The position numbers and the translations under genes were made by a program. The notes beneath the pieces were generated by a model. That model searched no databases. It was given only the letters and a program-made list of their open reading frames with translations, and was not told the origin of the DNA. A stretch of DNA of 64,000 nucleotides. It comes from Octopus bimaculoides. Its lineage: Eukaryota. The first letter of the stretch is position 1, and each line of letters opens with the position of its first letter. Shown piece by piece: positions 59,641-64,000 of the stretch. The DNA lies in the NCBI RefSeq assembly GCF_001194135.2, contig NC_068981.1, positions 41,803,314 through 41,867,313 of the forward strand. Direction: 5' to 3'.

Positions 59641-60439
59641 GGGAGTGGCTCCTTTGAAGGGGGCAAATAAGTCACCCCCTCTCCGAATCGTCTTCTTATT
59701 GAGAACATGGTCCAGGATCAAAAGCTGGAGTTTTATAACTAAGACTCTAAAATTAGTGTTCTTCACTTGAAGTAATAAAATGAATTACTTAATGTGAGCT
59801 AGTGTCACTCTAGCTAAAGAAGCTGTAATCAAGAGGCGCTGTAAATAATGGTACCTTAGGATGCTTTATAGTACACGTATTGTTATGATCTTAGGTCATA
59901 TCAGTTCATGTACAGCCAACCAATCAACTAGTTGAAAACAGTTCACTCCTGTTCAGCACAAGACTCCATTGTGACAAGACAAATCTCTTTTGTGTTTTGG
60001 ATTCGGTTATTTACCTTGTTAGGAGAATAATACTATAAGGTATTGTCGTATTAGTGAAAAATATTGATGTTACTTTTGCTGCTGTACAGAGATTTAGTAT
60101 CAAAATTTTACTTTTGATACTAGTATTATGATTTTATACCGAGGTAACTTACAATTTAATTGCAATCGTTACATTTCGTTGCATAATTTTCATGCTAATA
60201 TCACGAAATTGTGATTTAGTATCAAGTTGTTATTTTTATATCAATGTGAGCTTAATTGATGATGAAATAAATGTTATGAAATTTTAGATCAAGCTACATT
60301 TTCACATTGCTGTGATTTTAGATGAAAATGATATTATACAGTGATATTAGATGAAGTTGTTACTTTTACGTTATTGTGATTTTGCATCACAGGCTTGCTG
60401 TTTAATCTAGATTTGTTCTTAAATTAAATTTGCTTTTCA

Positions 60440-62640
60440 GAAATGGGCATTATGAAGTTTACGGAATAGGGAAATTTCGCTGAAAGTGAAACTCAAAATA
60501 GTAAGACAAGGAAAAGTTAAAAATGAATCCGAAGAAAATCGAAATATTAGATCCATGACAAATTTAAGAGCTGATTGTAGCCAACATGCATACTTTAGTT
60601 TCGCTAGTGGTCATGGTATCGGGTCGTATGTTAATTCCTAAAGAAAAATTAGCAGAGGATCTAAATAGTAAACTTCTTGTGACCTTTTATACAGCTCCAG
60701 TAAATCATGAATTTAAAAAGTTGTGAAATGGCCACACAGATTTCGTTATGTGTAGAAGTAAACATTTACTGCAACTTAATATTTCTTCACACATGAAATG
60801 AGAATTCTGAAAATATTGCAGAATTTTGCCATTGACTAACTGTTCATACTGTATTACAAAGTGCCTTTGTTACCACACCTTTTACAAAGCATAATATCTT
60901 CCTGATAGCAAGAGTTATATATCAAACAAATTGTACAGAGATGCTCAAGTGAATGCAACAAATTCTATCACTATGAGAAGCAACCCAGACAAGCGTATTG
61001 TGTATCAGCTTGATAGTATTGTGAAAAGAATGGTATAGGAAAATTGAAGGAAATTTTTCCAATATTCTTTATTATTCTACTACGAGCAACTAATGACGTA
61101 ATTTTACATGAGAAAAATCACAACTGGAAACACACAAAAGCTGTATCGTTTCTGCATTGAAGCAGTGCATAAAATCCAATAGAATTATTTTGAAAGCTCT
61201 TCAGTTGCTCGTTATACATTGGTCATGTGGAAAATGAACTGTCCATATTTTGGGAAGATATAAAGAAGGATATTGTTTTTGTGGTCAATGTGTCTTCAGG
61301 ATTTCCAGTTATCGCTGAATTCTGATATATTTAGGAAGAAACACTTGTCTTTTGGTGTATGGTTTGTTGACACAATTACATCTGATAATATTATTCAAGA
61401 GGAATTTTATGGTATTGCAACAATAAGTGATTTGTATGTTGAGCTTATTGCCAAAGCAATAATTGATCAGTCTAGAAATTATGAAATAAATCTAAAAATA
61501 CTAATTAGTCAAGGATATGATGGTTGCTCTATAAAGGTATGAAAGGAAGGTGGAATGTAGATAAAATTGAGCATATATACAAAAGTTGCATTTGGTTATT
61601 GCTCTACGCATAAGCTAAATTTTATGTGAATGACTTTAATGTGGTTTTTGAAAAAAAAAATGCTAGGGATACAGTCACAGTTATAATTAATGTTTTTCGT
61701 GAGAGTCCACAGAAAAGATGTCTTATTTCATGTGTGTTACTGCAAAATGAAACATATTGAAGTGCAAAATGTAAAAAAAAGTATTAGAATTTTTTCGATA
61801 TCTGTGAAAAGATCTTTGATCAGCTATGTATACTAGCCGTTTCTGCTTCAGGTAAAACGCGAAACTCAAATTTAGGAATGTGTCTCGTCTAAATGATTAT
61901 AATTTAAACCTATTCAGTACGATTGGAATCTAACCTAAGCTCTCCAAATCTTCAATAACGAAAAAGTGTTAATCACGCCCCGAAACGGCTACGTGTGTTC
62001 TATGATAAATTGAATATTGAGTAAAACCTTCCCAGACAGTGTGGCTGACAAAAATTCCATTTCAATGCTGGAGACTCAACTTTTGAAAGATATTTTCATA
62101 GATCACTCTATGTTTCATATTACATTTCATCATATCCTTCTTACTTTGCTGATTTGCTGCTGAAAATAAACAAACCGTTAGTCTCTATTCACTGCATCCA
62201 TTACCGATGGTAAAGCTTACAAAGGAAGAATTCGTGACAGTGATTGCAAAGCTCATTAAACTACTATATGAAACTGAAAACTTAGAAGCTGAAACAGTCA
62301 ATTGATTTGAAATGTGATCTGAAAGGAAGAAACAAATTGATGGATGTGAAGACACACTTCAGGGCTTTCTCAAATTCACTGATTTATTTCCTTCTGTTCG
62401 ACGAGCTATTGTTCTTATTGCTCTAACATTATCCAGAATAATCGACATAGTGTAAAGCCTCTTCAGTAATGTTAGAAGTGTAAATCTCTGGCTAAGGTCA
62501 ACACTAGGAGATAAATATTTATCTTAATTGCATAGAATGAGTGTTCAGTGTGCAAAGAATTTTGAGAATAAATACAAATACGTTAAAAAAGTGATTGGTA
62601 GATTCGAGAAAAAGGCGAGGATAATTTCACTTGTATTTAA
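60440..62640 (+). mobile_element. Degenerate hAT-superfamily transposase (ZMYM1/THAP12-like group)
   Basis: IQEEFYG...LISQGYDG (ORF 61273..61542), YCSTHKLN (CxxH-like), and C-terminal dimerisation domain FPSVRRAI...SLFSNVRSVNLWLRSTLG at about 62385-62520; many stops; TIRs not identified. Confidence 0.75.
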
Positions 62641-64000
62641 CTGGAAAAAATAGGACTTAGGTTTATAAATCACGTATATAGCGATGATTACTATCACGTA
62701 CAATGTTATGTTTAAGATGTATTTTTTAATTTATTATTATTTCAGCCTGAGACAAATATTCAGGACGTAATTTATATACACTGTAAGTAAAGCTTAGATA
62801 TTTCTTGATATTCTTACGTTCTAATAGTCTTTACAGTTATGATTAAGTAATAAAGAGGTTATACCCATCATATTCAGTGAAAGATAATGGTGCAGTACAA
62901 TTATTTTATGTAACCCAAACTTTATATTTTCATAAAAAAGTTACCATCTTCATCACTACTACTACCACTGTTATTATTATTATTTTTACTAACACAACCA
63001 TTTTTACAATCACTTTCACTACCAATTTTACTATTAGTATCACCATCACTACTTTTTATTTTTTTTTATCAAGATTTCGGATATAGGTGGCGGGGCTGGG
63101 AAACGTAAGAAAGTTTTCAACTTTGGAGATATGATATATATTATTATACTGCAAGTAAACAATTGTCTAATATTAGTGAGTAAGCATTTTTACCTTCCTG
63201 CATACAATATCATTTTACCTTCCTGCATACNNNNNNNNNNTCCTCCTCCTCCTCCTCCTCCTCCTTCTTCTTCTTACTATTACTAGTACTGGTGGTGGTG
63301 GTAGTAGTAGCTGCAGCAGTTGTAGGAGTAGGGACATTTATAGAAGGACTGCTGGAAACGATGTTTCCTGGGACTAAACAACAGTAACAACCGTCCCTTT
63401 CAGGACAGTCACAGTATGTTGACAAATAGTCTTTACTTCAAAATACATGTATCATCAATAATCTATCTCTTTTACTACATACCTCGTTATCTTACCCCAC
63501 ACCTTATCAACAAATAATGGATATGTTTGACATCTTCAATGAGAGAGACTAGCACTGATTGATAACATTATTCTTCGATAGAATAATAAACAATAATTAT
63601 CTATAACACTTTTATGTAAACAATTATTGTATCAGTTATTCATATTTCCTTTTTTAATTGTCCTGTAACATATTCAAAGAAGAAAAACTTTTATACGACC
63701 TTCTTACTCGACTGGCACACAATCTTAATACTTGAACGTTGAACAATCAATTTGTACGTTAATGGATAGCGTTCTGAGTCGCATTCCTATTTTAAAAACA
63801 AACTATTTTTATAACAACGACCAGAACAGTCATAATTCGCGACACAAGTCATACTATACACTTTTGAAAATCTAATGTAAAACTGGCACAATGTATTCCT
63901 ATATTTCAAATATAATTAGATTGTAATTAATTCTAATATATTCTCTCTACGCATTTTTAACTTCATTTCTTCTCTTCCTCCACTTGTTTGGGTAAATATC

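Noticed and set aside
59640-63110. Candidate hAT TIRs (GGGAGTGGCTCC at 59641)
   Set aside because: No matching inverted partner or 8-bp TSD found.

Overview
AT-rich, repeat-dense eukaryotic genomic DNA with 15+ N-gaps. It is most likely octopus (inferred from the SINE and microsatellite families and the metazoan gene models; not provable here). Two spliced protein-coding genes sit head-to-head in the left half. PRMT7 is on the minus strand: 8 complete coding exons plus a 9th that runs off the window start, ATG at 15670. CHCHD4/MIA40 is on the plus strand: 3 coding exons, 18822-26955, 144 aa. All splice junctions are GT-AG and keep frame. The rest is intronic or intergenic and made of decayed mobile elements: RTE, CR1-like, R4/Dong-like and HERO-like non-LTR retrotransposons, a Gypsy integrase with PPT and LTR, a hAT transposase relic, MITE/foldback elements, two tRNA-derived SINE families, a third short interspersed repeat and many microsatellites. 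I found no host exons right of about 28.7 kb. The most interesting unannotated signals are: (i) minimal type-I hammerhead ribozyme motifs, one with a complete core at 31461-31508 (-) plus several decayed relatives; (ii) two R4/Dong-like 3' ends joined head-to-tail into (TACA)n microsatellite, suggesting site-specific targeting; (iii) promoter motifs between the two genes (NRF-1 site; E2F/CCAAT/CHR cluster) and a modular foldback element; (iv) a near-perfect 31-bp hairpin at 49168-49237. Everything was read by eye with no database searches, so TE boundaries are approximate.
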